NCBI GenBank assembly: GCA_026023565.1
Contig: JAPETS010000024.1
Location: 1 to 64,000, forward strand
Length of the DNA stretch: 64,000 nt
Direction: 5' to 3'
Source: Cirrosporium novae-zelandiae
Taxonomy: Eukaryota
Shown: piece by piece, positions 11,501-22,860 of the stretch
How the letters are laid out: every line of letters starts with the position of its first letter
Position numbering within the stretch: position 1 is the stretch's first letter
Made by a program: the position numbers and the translations under genes
Notes under the pieces: generated by a model
What the model was told of the DNA's origin: nothing
Database searches by the model: none
What the model saw: the letters and a program-made list of their open reading frames with translations, nothing else

Positions 11501-12737
11501 TCATGCAACATGCTTGTCCCAAAGCCGGTCCAATAGCCACTCTGAAGGATACATAGGCGGCGCTATACAAGTCGGTAGATGTAAGAACCAATCGTTCGAC
11601 TCCATTGTCGACATAGCACTAGTTGCCTTTATACACTCAAAATATTCTGGATAGAACCCACTTTTCTCCCAATCAAGAAGCCCGGTCGGAAAACAGCTTC
11701 CATCTTCTCTAAATCCGACCATGATATTTTCTAGTCGTAAATCTCCGTGTGAGAAGACAATGCTGGAGAGACGAGTCTCTGATAGGCATCGTAATAGTGT
11801 GATGTATACAGAACCCCCGAAATGGGGATTTGAAAAAATAAAATTGTCGAAATCTATGCCGTTTTGGATAGGTTGATTGCTGGTCCGTATACCTCGCCGA
11901 GTGTCTTTACATCCTTCCCCACCAACACCGCCCAGGGGAATGCCATCTGGCCAGGGGATTTTTCTCAATTTAAGCAACAAATCATTTAGTTGGTGACTAA
12001 TAGCTATCTTTTGTTCTTCGACCAGCTGTGGCCAAACTTTGTCCAAAGTCCTGCCTGGTATGAAAGTCATGAAGATGTACGATGTTCTATCAATTTTCAC
12101 AAGGCCAAGAGGTCTGGGTGCAGGTATTTCTGGGATAACGTTCTCAAGATACTGCATAGTGGTGAATTCAGTAAAATCTTCCAATAATGGAACGATCTTC
12201 ACAACCACATTAGCATCACATTTTACCACTGAAGTCCCATGGCATGTTTCGGATTGCCAGAGAACGTCACCGGCTTGTATTATCGCCGCAATAAATCTTG
12301 GAATATCTTTGTCCAAGCAAGTTGATCGGTAGGAATCTTCTTTCTGAGAAGCTAAAAGGGATATGACATTGTCCGCAAGAGGATATTCAATAATAGCGGC
12401 AGAGGACGTAGCCCTGAGAGAACTGATATTATTCTCAACCGAGGACGGTGGATTTGATATAACTTTGGGCAAACTAAGCGACGTTCTTTTGGTGTTTAGC
12501 ACTGGAAGAAAAGTTAGTTCTAATCGTGTTATATTTTTGATTAACAATTATACCAGCATCCTTTTTCAAGTCATTTAAACGAGTAGAGTATTCATTTGGA
12601 AATTTCGATAGCAAATCAGTTTCTGGATTATTCTCAAGCTCTCTCTGTAGCTTTCTCAAAACTATAGAGTTGAATTTGGAAGCAGCGGACGCTGTAAAGT
12701 GGTAGTGATCGTGGCTATTACTGCGGGATCTCTTCAT
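11501..12737 (-). CDS. APH/phosphotransferase (kinase-like) protein
   Basis: ATG 12737; intron 12553-12502 (GTATAA..ACTAAC..TTCCAG); VVVKIV, FSHGDLRLENIMV and LLDWEKSGFYPEYFE motifs. Confidence 0.85.
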
Positions 12738-13181
12738 AATGATGAAAGGAAGAAGTAAACTGGATGAACGAGAGCAAAAAGAAAGGTGTTGACGTTCACG
12801 AGGAAAAGGTTGCAAAAAATATTAGGGGAGGGGGTAGTAGTTCCTACAAAACCTTGGCATGCCATTCGGATTCTCATTTGTGGGTTTGTGGTTTTCAGCA
12901 AGGATTATATGATGTTCCGGGAAGTTCCGTACCAAGATTAGATAGTACAATTAGCATATTTTTCATAGATAAAATTCTACATCCATACACAAAATAACAC
13001 AGGCATAGTTGAATCGAAATCAGCTCCGTGTTTTATAATCACAACACAGTCTGAAGGCCCTTCCCCTCCCAACCCTTTTGAGCTTCACGTATTTATTCCA
13101 TGGAACTAGTTTCACCCCCTTTGGAAAGTGATGACTATTTGAATTTCAGATCTGGTAAGAGATAGTATTGAGACTATTGAA

Positions 13182-15600
13182 TTGACTAACTCATTGGAAG
13201 ATTATAATGATTTTCTGAATTTCATATCAAACCCAATACGTATTCTTATTCGGCTTGCTAAAAATTTGTCAGCCAATCCTGAGAGGCCTGTATGGCTTGC
13301 AACTTCAGACCCATCCTCATTCCCTAATCAAAAAAAAAGGCAACGATTGATCCTAAAATTCTGTAATACCAGATATGGTGATGAAGTGATTCAACGCCTC
13401 CAAAATAATATTAATGTCTGTCAAAACATTGGTGGATATACAAAATTACTATATACCCCGGCGTTACAGCAAAGCTTGCTTTCAAGGGAACCTTTGCATT
13501 GTGTTGGGATTTGAGGAGGGCATGAATCTATATTATGATGATTTGGACACTCTTTACTTAGATAGGACCAGAAAGAAAGAGAGTCTTTAGCAATAGGGCA
13601 AAACGCGTATGTATTAAAATTACCAGAAGGGGAGGCCCACTTACATAAGGGACTACTACGCTCAAGCCTATCCTCTTGTGCCTTACTGGGCCACATAGGG
13701 GCTTGAATATTGTTCTGGGGAAGTCAGAGATGATACAAGCATGAGAAAAACATACACACAATAGCATAGGTCACCTCAACATTCATACGTACTGCATGCA
13801 CCAGCTCGCCCAACAGAATGGCTATAAAGGGACCCCTAAAGAGCGGAGCACCCCCGAGATAAGGAGCAGGACTACTGCGGGAGGAATACACAGAAGAAGT
13901 GACTGATGCAGTAGCGACAGGAGCAACATTGTGCATGCGATAATCAAGCTCCTCAGCCAAGTTAAGCACGAGCCTCTCTCGCTCATCAACAGGGTCAGCC
14001 ACGTACTCCTTACTCCTAGCAATGAGACTGAAGACAGCGCTTGACAACGCAGCAGGGACCTAAAAGAATTGAATTGATCATAAGAAACGCAGGATAAGCG
14101 GAAGCCGCTACCCACCAGCAGGCAGTTATGTTTCAAGCATGCACAGTAGTTCCACCTACGACGGCTAGGGAAGGGACGACACCAAGTACGCTTACGTGTG
14201 CGTTTCACCTCAGAGACACGGCAGCCACCTTCTGGCAAGTTTCTAGGACGGGAAAGAGATTTTCCCCCACCACCTGCAGTTCACATGCTCCCCACAAGAG
14301 GACGGGCGACAAAAGGAGCTCTCACCCCAGTAGATATAATGAGGTGAGAAATTAAAGAATGCAAAGCAAGTAACAAGAGGTTCTGGTGCGCGAAACAGGG
14401 GAATACATGAAAAGAAATGGTTAAGCAAAGCTAGAGAGCATGAAATAAGGTATAAAAGGAAGGGAGAGTGGAGGTGGAAGAAGAAAACAAATACTGGTTA
14501 TTCAAACACACCGAAATTTCTCTTTAAGAGTTAAGTTATCGCCGCTTTCCATGTTCTTCTATTGTTGGCTCGTTTCAACCCTCCCACTGCTGCACTATGG
14601 CCGAAAATAATTGAGATAGGCGTAGCTTGTTGAAAGCACAGACTACCCTAGAAACTGTCGTGGAGGCCGGAGGTTGATACATAATGATGGAATTCATGGT
14701 ATATAACTGATGATAATCACACACTGATTTGCATAGAAAAATGAGATCTACTATAGTGTGAGTTTGGAGCAACAGGAGGCTTTTATAGATATCAGTGAGT
14801 GGCACTATTCACCGAATGGCGTTTTGCGCACTGACTTATAACTGTGATGCATGAAGCCTTCTCCTGATCGATTAGCCACGTAATCCCAGCTAATGTCTGC
14901 ATGTGACAGATATTAAACCTGTCGAAAGCTGAGATATTTCGACTGCCTTATCTTGCCGCCCAATCTTGCAATCATACTAGCATATGAGTGCCCCCTGGTG
15001 ATTGACTGGTTTACATCCCCGTCAAAATAATATTGAGAGGTTTCAGTTGATCTCGATTCTCTCCTTAACCTTGCAAAACAGAACTTCGAAGGATTGATCT
15101 AATGTCAGCGTTTTCTGCCGTTCAGGGGTATAAATGATATGCTGTCGTATTCGGGCAATACCACCTCCCCAGTTTGGCGTGACGACGTAAGAGAATGTTG
15201 GTACTCTCACCTCCGATGAGCTGATCTCGATACCGATGATGTTTCCTAGTTACTTTTCCCTATAGCCCGTTCACCCGATCGCCTGACACATGCTGGAGCT
15301 CCTTCGCGGCGCAGCAAACACGGCAGTATTCTTGATCTCTATCCTGAGGCATTTTTATGATTGGTCTTCTTGTACAGGAGATGGAGACAGCCTCTTTAGA
15401 CCCTCATTATCACAGCTTTCAGGGTTTTCTATTGGAGGTTTAGGAGAGAGCCTTGCGAGGATACCGGATGATAGGATCAAGACCTTGATCATTGGAGGCA
15501 GAAACAGGACACCAGAACAACAGGTAAACGATAAAGAAATTGTATGATGTCTCATGAGGTCGTAGAGCAAGACTGAAGGAAAGATATAAGCCAAATGTGA
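13182..15600. pseudogene. Decayed coding relics (kinase-like fragment on +; Cys-rich spliced fragment and a further relic on -)
   Basis: Short broken frames such as RPVWLAT..LILKFCNTRYGDEV and WNYCACLKHNCLL|VPAAL with intron-like signals, interrupted by stops and frameshifts. Confidence 0.3.
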
Positions 15601-16286
15601 ATTGAAAGATAAACTAGAAAGACAGATGCCAAATAGTGAGAATGTTCAATATTTATATGGGAACAAGTAATCCTTTACGCAGACTTGCCTGTCCGCGTTG
15701 TTGTTGGTCTGGGCCAACGGATAGGCCAGTGAAGAAGGATTGTTAATTTCCTAAATATATGATGATGATACTATACGATAGCTAAGCGTAACGCAATGTG
15801 TGCCCTGCCAAGCAGTAAAGTGGAGCCAGGTGTTGAAGCCAGAACAAGGGGGAACTGAGAAATACTCTGCATCACCCTCGGCTCACCCGTCAACTCACCC
15901 ACCATCGCGCGGTCGCGCGAGATCAGGGCGGCGAAACTCACCTACTAGAACGGGACAGGAAAGCGCAAAATCGCCGTAAATATTTGTTCGGTAGGTAGGT
16001 AAAGTTGTTTTGACCTTGCGTCTTATGCTTTATATTTCTAAAAAAAAAAAAAAAAAACAGAAGAGTTATTTTTAATATTTCTCTTTTTTTCTTTCTCTAT
16101 ATATCTATATTTTTTATAAAAAAAAAATGACAAACAAGCCTGAGGTTCCCTCATCTCAAAGCCTTCAATATGTGTTCATTTATATTGATAGGGAGGTAGG
16201 GGAGGTAGGTTGTTATTTTATCTTGTGTGTATATTTTCTAACATTCCATTTATACATATATATCCCATCTCATCCTCATCCTCATC

Positions 16287-17392
16287 TCAAAGCCTAAATA
16301 TCCTCCTTCTCCCCCCCTCCACCCCATCCATCCCCCCATCCACATCCACTCTCTCAACCCCCCCTCGAAAAAAATCCCTAATAACCCTCCCCCCCAAAAT
16401 AGTCTCCCTCACAATTCCCTCCACATGTCTCGGCTCCACCCTTCCATACCAAATCCCTTTTCCCTCCAATCCCGATGATGGTACTCCACTTTCATCTCCA
16501 AGCAGTCGTTGGGACCCAAATCCGGGGGGTATGTAAATGATGATGTTTCCGGCGAATTTGTGACCACCGATGTGGCTTATTAGGCCTATTCGTGCTGTTG
16601 CTTTTGTGGTTGGGGTGGTCGAGGTGGAGGAGGGGGGATCTTGGAAAGGATGGGTTAAGATGCCATTACGATTCAAGTATTCGTGAAACTCGTCGCGGAG
16701 GGGTGGGGCGATGATGCCGCAGCGGGAATCTCGGCTTCCGTGGCCGCAGATTAAGATTATTAGTTCTGTGACGGGGCGGGAGGGAAAGTGTTTTGAGGTG
16801 GGTTGTTCTTCGCCGGGGATGGCGGAGCCGGTAAACGCAGCAACGTCGTCGGTCGTGGAGGGGATTTCTGGAAAGTATTGGAATGAGGGGAAGAGGTATA
16901 CGGAGGTTTTGTTTGGACCGATGTTGGGTTCGGGGGGAAAATCGGAATGGGTTATCATGACATTTTTGCCGGTTGCTACATGCGAGCCCGCGCGCGCGGA
17001 GAAGGTTAGGTTCATGGTCTTTGTTTTTTGAGAAACTGGGGGGATGGAGTTTGAAATTTACCAACATTGCTGTATTTGCCTCTTCTTCCCACCAGGGTTT
17101 TCAATTCGCGGGTAAATGGTGTGCTCTCGTCGTCTTCGATGCGACTGGGCCAGCCGGAGTGGCCCGTAGAAACCAGGACTTGCTGATAGTAAGCAGCCAT
17201 TGTCCCGTCAAGAGGTAATCGGCGCTCGATATCCAGGTCCGGGGGCGTCGGCCTGCAGCTACATGTTGGAGCTGGACAGGTCTCGACTATAGAGAATGGG
17301 GATGGTTGCCTCCATCTGGGGGCTGTTTGATGGAGGGCTCTCGTCTGGTTATTCCATGAGGACCTCTGAATGACTCGTCGCAGTACTGTCAT
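16287..17392 (-). CDS. Sucrase/ferredoxin-like (Apd1/Aim32 family) thioredoxin-like 2Fe-2S protein
   Basis: ILICGHGSRDSRCG, ISHIGGHKFAGNIIIY and WYGRVEPRHV motifs; two exons; N-terminus resembles a mitochondrial presequence. Confidence 0.9.
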
Positions 17393-17716
17393 ATCTTCCG
17401 ACTACTGTACCGCAAAGGAGAGGAGATGGGTGTGGATTCGACATTGGGGAGAAGGAATGAGGAGATTCTTATGTTAAAAAGCAAGTTGTTTAAAGCCGAG
17501 GGGTGGGCAGCTTCTGTCCTTCGGTGTTGTCGGATATCGAGGTCCAAAAATATCCCGAATTCACCGTGCTGTGTTTAGTCAGGGCGAATGTCCGAAGCAA
17601 ACATTGGATGCAAACGACGCACGGGCCACTGGGGCTAGTCCCTTAGCGCCCTTCCACTGCCTATAAATTTCTTCTCATTTGCTTTCCCTTCCTCTTCTTT
17701 TTCTCTTTTCTTCTTC

Positions 17717-17861
17717 ATACTTACCTTGAGTCGAAAACCGTGATCAAGACTGCGGTTCTTCAAGGGTAGAACCCTGCATTGCACAGCGCGGCGGTGATGC
17801 CTTTCGAGTAGTCTTCGGGCTCCTCGGACTCGCAATTTTTGATGGCTTCCCTATAAGGGCT
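17717..17861 (+). ncRNA. U1: U1 spliceosomal snRNA
   Basis: 5' ATACTTACCT; helix GAGTC(17728-32)/GACTC(17827-31); SL1 AACCGT-GATCAAGACT-GCGGTT (U1-70K loop); ATTGCAC U1A site 17778-84; SL3 with CTTCGG; Sm site AATTTTTG 17834-41; 3' hairpin. Confidence 0.93.
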
Positions 17862-18155
17862 TCTTTTCATCATGCCTTTCGCTTTATGTGAGAGTTTGAA
17901 GAAGAGATGTAGATAGTTCTTGTAGACCTACCTGTGGGATACTTCATCCCGATGGTGCTGGCCTGTTGTGTATGAGGTTATTGACTCGTACTAACATCGT
18001 CGACTGTGTAGATATCTGCTCTTCAACTACCTGGATGAAAGTGAGGTCAGTGAAGATCTTAGAGATGCATCTTTATTGGGCCAATCTCACAGTGCTGTTA
18101 GTCTTATACAAGAGAGTTGACATTGTCCAACTCAATCTCACCTTTCACTAGATAG

Positions 18156-19308
18156 ATGCCTCGTCTGGCTAATTCTCTTCTTCGGCGAGCTCGGAAGATC
18201 AATCCGCTTTTGCTTTTGCTTCTACGCCCATGTCGAGATTTACAGTCCGCAAAGAATGAGCTTCGATGGCTAAGAGAGTATGCTGTTGAGAATACATCAT
18301 CTCTAACTGATCGTGGACGAGAAATACCTCTTAAGCTATCTCGATATTGCCGACAGCGAGCAAGGGGTATTCCATTACAGTATATCCTCAAGTCCCAGCC
18401 TTTTGGTGGCTTGGACATACGGTGCAAACCTAAAGTATTAATTCCGAGGTAACCGCCCATATACCTATGTTAGTTTCTCACTAATCGTTTGATATAGATT
18501 GGAGACGGAATCCTACACTTGCACATTCGCCGAACGACTGCTTAGAGACCCTAATAAACAAGACTCTACTCCTTCGAAACGCTCTCTTCGAATACTGGAT
18601 CTATGCACCGGAACGGGTTGCATACCACTCCTACTGCACTCACTCCTATCAGATCAGATCCAGGATATTAAGATCCTTGGCATCGACTTGTCTTCGACAG
18701 CTGTTTCATTAGCAAAGGAAAATCTGCATTACAATATTCAAAATCATTGCTTGAAGCCTTCGGCGATTGAACAGGTACATTTCAAGCATGGAGATGTACT
18801 CCAGCAAAAGTTTGTGGGTGGAGGAACCAGTGGAACTCCCTACATAGAGGAAGTCATAGCATCTACGCATCCTTGGGATATTCTTATTTCGAACCCACCT
18901 TACATATCTCGTCATCACTTTGCGACCAGAACATCGAGATCGGTCCGGAACTGGGAACCTAGGCTAGCTCTTGTCCCGCCAGATACTTTGGGCTTCCCTG
19001 GATCCAACGAAATTGACAGGTCTGGAGATGTGTTCTATCCTCGCCTGCTTGGTCTCTGTGAGACTGCCGAGGTCAAAACGGCCTTGTTCGAAGTTGGCGA
19101 TATGGATCAAGCCATGCGAGTTGCAGAGATGGCAATTAAATCACATGCCTGGTGTCCTAGTGAAATCGAGATATGGCGGGATTGGGTTTCCACACCTTGG
19201 CTAAATAATTGCCCCGAACATGTCTTCATTGAAGGACATTCTGTAGCGGTTCGTGGAGAAGGCCATGGACGAGCAGTCGTCCTTCGTAAAGGAGGTTGGT
19301 CGGATTAA
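18156..19308 (+). CDS. MTQ1: HemK/PrmC family release-factor glutamine methyltransferase (mitochondrial type)
   Basis: RARGIPLQYIL..KVLIPR|ETE, LDLCTGTGCI and ISNPPYI motifs; one intron ~18449-18498. Confidence 0.88.
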
Positions 19309-20588
19309 CTTCCAAATTGTCCGTTCAAAAATGAGTTCCTGTTATCGGCATGCTCACCAGGTAGAGTGCTTGCCGAGAGTCTTTCGAAAGATTGATTCTT
19401 TTGCATAACTAGCTTGCTCGGTGATCATGTCACTGTGGTTCGTTTTCTCGGAACTTCTATACCAGCGATAACCAACCCTTAAGGATTACTCTCAAACACA
19501 AAGGGCGGTAACCACTTTGGCACCTCTCAGCTACGGTTCCTTGAATCTGACATTGAAGGTCTGCGACATAACCTCTGCTATTAAAGAGATTTGTATATAT
19601 ACTTACTGGTACAACACAAAGTAACGGATAGCTATCCTCCTATGAATGTGCGACCTGTTACGACAAATAGTTTAACATGTTGCTTCTGAACGTTGTCTTT
19701 ACTGTAAAACCCTGCCAACCACCGCCAAATCTATCCAAACAGAAGCTCAAACAATGAAACTAGAAAGCACTAAGGCCGAGGAGGTTAATAGCGAAGATTG
19801 TATTAGACAAATACCGAAAAGTGTTTGCGATAATTTTAGATATTCACCCACAAGGGCTCCAAACGTGTTGCAGATTCTGAATGGCAGTAAAGACCATAAA
19901 ATTTCAGCCTCAGTGCTCCACTAGTGTTCTTCTTTATCGGCTCATCGTCCTATTCCGATCTATCCAGCTATCTGTCCGTGACCACTTCAGCAGCATAAGG
20001 GATATGGCACATTCCTCACTATGGACGAAACCAACGGCATTCTGGAGGCTGGAAGGTCGAGCACGCCCAATCATCCAATACCAATTTCAATGGGAAATAG
20101 CCATCTAGTAAGCATATCCCTATTCCTTAGATACCTTGAGGTAAGAAAAAGATGTGGCAATAATGCAAAATAAATATGGTTCCGAAGGTTTATTAATCCA
20201 TCGCGATGAATCAACCATTCGAGCTTCGAAAGCGTACATTAGCGTTATTAGTAACATCAAACTCCAAATTGTTTCGGATTCATAGCAACTTTACTGTTTA
20301 TCTCCACCAAAAAGCATTGTGCAGAGCTCAAAATTATCGATAGTTGATGTTATCTAATGGAGTTAAAGAGTGGGGTTAACGTACCCCCGCCATCTGCTTA
20401 TAAACGGACCTTTGCGAAAAAAAAGATAAAGGAACCCGATAAGAGCATTTGAGGCGGAATTTAATTGCTTTTTTTCTACAAACAATTTTCTTTTTTTATT
20501 TCCATTGACCTTCATACATATTCTTTGCACTCTAACTGGGCTAGACAAGACTGCAGATTACCAACAAACCCCCAATCAAGAAACAAAC

Positions 20589-21713
20589 ATGCGCGTTCTT
20601 CTCACTGGTGGGAGCGGTTTCATCGCTGCCCATGTTTTAGACACGTTACTCCAGCGTGGGTAAGTATTCAATTAATCCAATTGAAGAATTTTCAAGCACC
20701 AAAAAAGGAATCAATACTAACCCCCCTCCGGCAGACACTCAGTCGTAACGTCGGTGCGATCCCTAGAAAAAGCCAAGCAGATTCAAGCAGCCCACCCAGA
20801 TATACCAAAGAGCAAGCTAGATTTCGCCATCGTTGAGGATATTGCTCAGCCGGGGGCTTTCGACGAGGCCGTCAAGTCGGATCCACACGGCATCGCCGTT
20901 CCATTTCAATATCACGGATGTGAAGAAGGACCTGCTAGACCCAGCCATCATGGGAACCACGGGAATATTAAAGGCAATTAAAGCGAACGCGCCAACAGTA
21001 AAAAGAGTGGTACGAACATACTTCCCCCCCCAAACCAACCCTCCACTAACGAACCCCCACAGGTAATAACCTCCTCCTTTGCAGCGATGCTCGACTCCTC
21101 CAAAGGCCACTGGCCCACCCACACCTACAACGAATCCTCCTGGAACCCCGTAACGATATCCGACGCCAGCAAAGACCCCGCAACGGGCTACCGAGCGAGC
21201 AAAACGCACGCCGAAAAAGCCGCCTGGGACTTTGTTGCTACCTCCCAACCCAACTTCACCCTCGCGACCATCAACCCCCCCATGGTCTTCGGCCCCATAA
21301 TCCACAACCTCTCCACCCTCACCACCCTCAACACCTCAAACCAGCTCTTCCGCGACCTAATTCAAGGCGTCCACAAGAACGGCCCTATCCCCCCTAACGG
21401 AACCTTCATCTGGGTTGACGTGCGGGACGTCGCCCTCGCGCACGTGCGCGCCATGGAGGTGCCCGAAGCAGGGGGGAAACGCTTCTTCGCCACCGCAGGC
21501 CACTACAGCAACAAAGAAATCGTGGAGATTATTCGGCAGGATTTCCCACAATTTGCGGATGGGTTGCCGGGGAAGGAGATGGAGGGGAATTTTCCAGAGG
21601 AGATTTATAAGGTTGATATGGAGAGGGTTCGGGGGGTATTGGGGATTGAGTTTCGGGATTTGAGGTCGACGGTTGTGGATACGGTGAGGAGTTTGGAGGC
21701 GGTAGGGGTGTAG
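20589..21713 (+). pseudogene. GRE2-like NADPH ketoreductase (extended SDR) with frameshift at ~20880
   Basis: MRVLLTGGSGFIA, HTASPF, YRASK, INPPMVFGP and VDVRDVA motifs; the frame changes between KSDP and IHTASPF with no intron. Confidence 0.75.
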
Positions 21714-21958
21714 GGTGTGAGAGGGGGGGGGGGGGATTATAATAGCAATAGATCAATATGACAGTATTATTGATCCCTATACATATATACTATAGACTAT
21801 ACCTACCGTAGATATATATCATAAAAGAGTAAATCCGAATAAAAATTATCATCATCATTCATGCAGATACGGGAAAAGGAAAATAGTTTAAGAGGGTTCC
21901 ACTGACTTGGACCGACCAGACCAGACCAGATCAGATCAGATCAGGCCAGGCCGACCTG

Positions 21959-21959
<1 letters not shown>

Positions 21960-22009
<50 letters not shown>
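21960..22009 (+). repeat. Poly-C tract (~50 nt)
   Basis: Directly visible homopolymer. Confidence 0.9.
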
Positions 22010-22860
22010 ATTCCTCCTGCTCATCCACCACCACTAAACTTCCAACCTATCCTAATCCCAATCTATCCCATCCGCATTTAAACCCCTATCAACAAAAATT
22101 CAAAAACCAAAAACCAAAAAATCAAGATATAGAGTTAGTCAACATCTAACATCCCTTATATATCCCTAATCCCTAACCAATCAATATCAATATCAATATC
22201 AATATCAATATAATACAAGTTATACCAAAACCCCCAAAAAAGTCCAACATACATACATAACTCTAGAGTACATACATATATAAAAAACGGCCGCCAGAGG
22301 GGCCACCCCCTAGGAGGAGGGAAGGGAAGTCAAAGTTAAAGGGGCTAAGCCTGAAGAAAAGGGAAAAACACGCCACACAAGCCCCCCCCCCCCAACATGC
22401 TCACCCCATCAATAGATAAACAAAATCAACGGATACTTAGTAAGGAAGCTAGCCTAAGGACCCCTGTTACCTTGATCCAAAAAATAAAAAAATCAGGAAC
22501 ATTAGACTAAGGTTTTATTTTTAATAAGTCCGGGGAGGGAAGATGTAATTGGGATGTGGGATGTGGGACTTTGCGTGGAAGGGGTGCCGAGTCATTAGCT
22601 CCGGGATCAAGGTCTAGGCCAGGAGTTTGGAATGGGAAAGGGTTGGAGATTTAGGGATTTGGCTGAGGTCAGCATTGCCATGTTATGGAGTTTACTATGG
22701 GTGCCTAGGGGGAAGTTTGGAATTGATGGTGATGAGGGTTTGGTGGGTGCATATATATATATCAATGAATAGTCATAGACCTAGACTTTTTTTTTAGAAC
22801 AAAGGCAGAGAGAAATTTTTTCCAAGCCCATTTCTTGAAACAAGTTTTTGAGTGATTAAG

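Noticed and set aside
12474..12815. Frameshift in the APH kinase gene
   Set aside because: Explained by a canonical 52-nt intron (12553-12502).
14575..15600. Starship captain (DUF3435 tyrosine recombinase) at the island edge
   Set aside because: No long frame or recognisable recombinase motif on either strand.
15988..16002. AGGTAG as an Enterprise-type target site
   Set aside because: TAGGTAGG motifs recur in ordinary intergenic DNA here (e.g. ~29145, ~29552), so it is uninformative.
18041..18151. Intronic C/D snoRNA (GTGAAGA C-box-like)
   Set aside because: No convincing D box or terminal stem.
21907..22149. Poly-proline ORF
   Set aside because: Artefact of the poly-C tract; non-ATG start.
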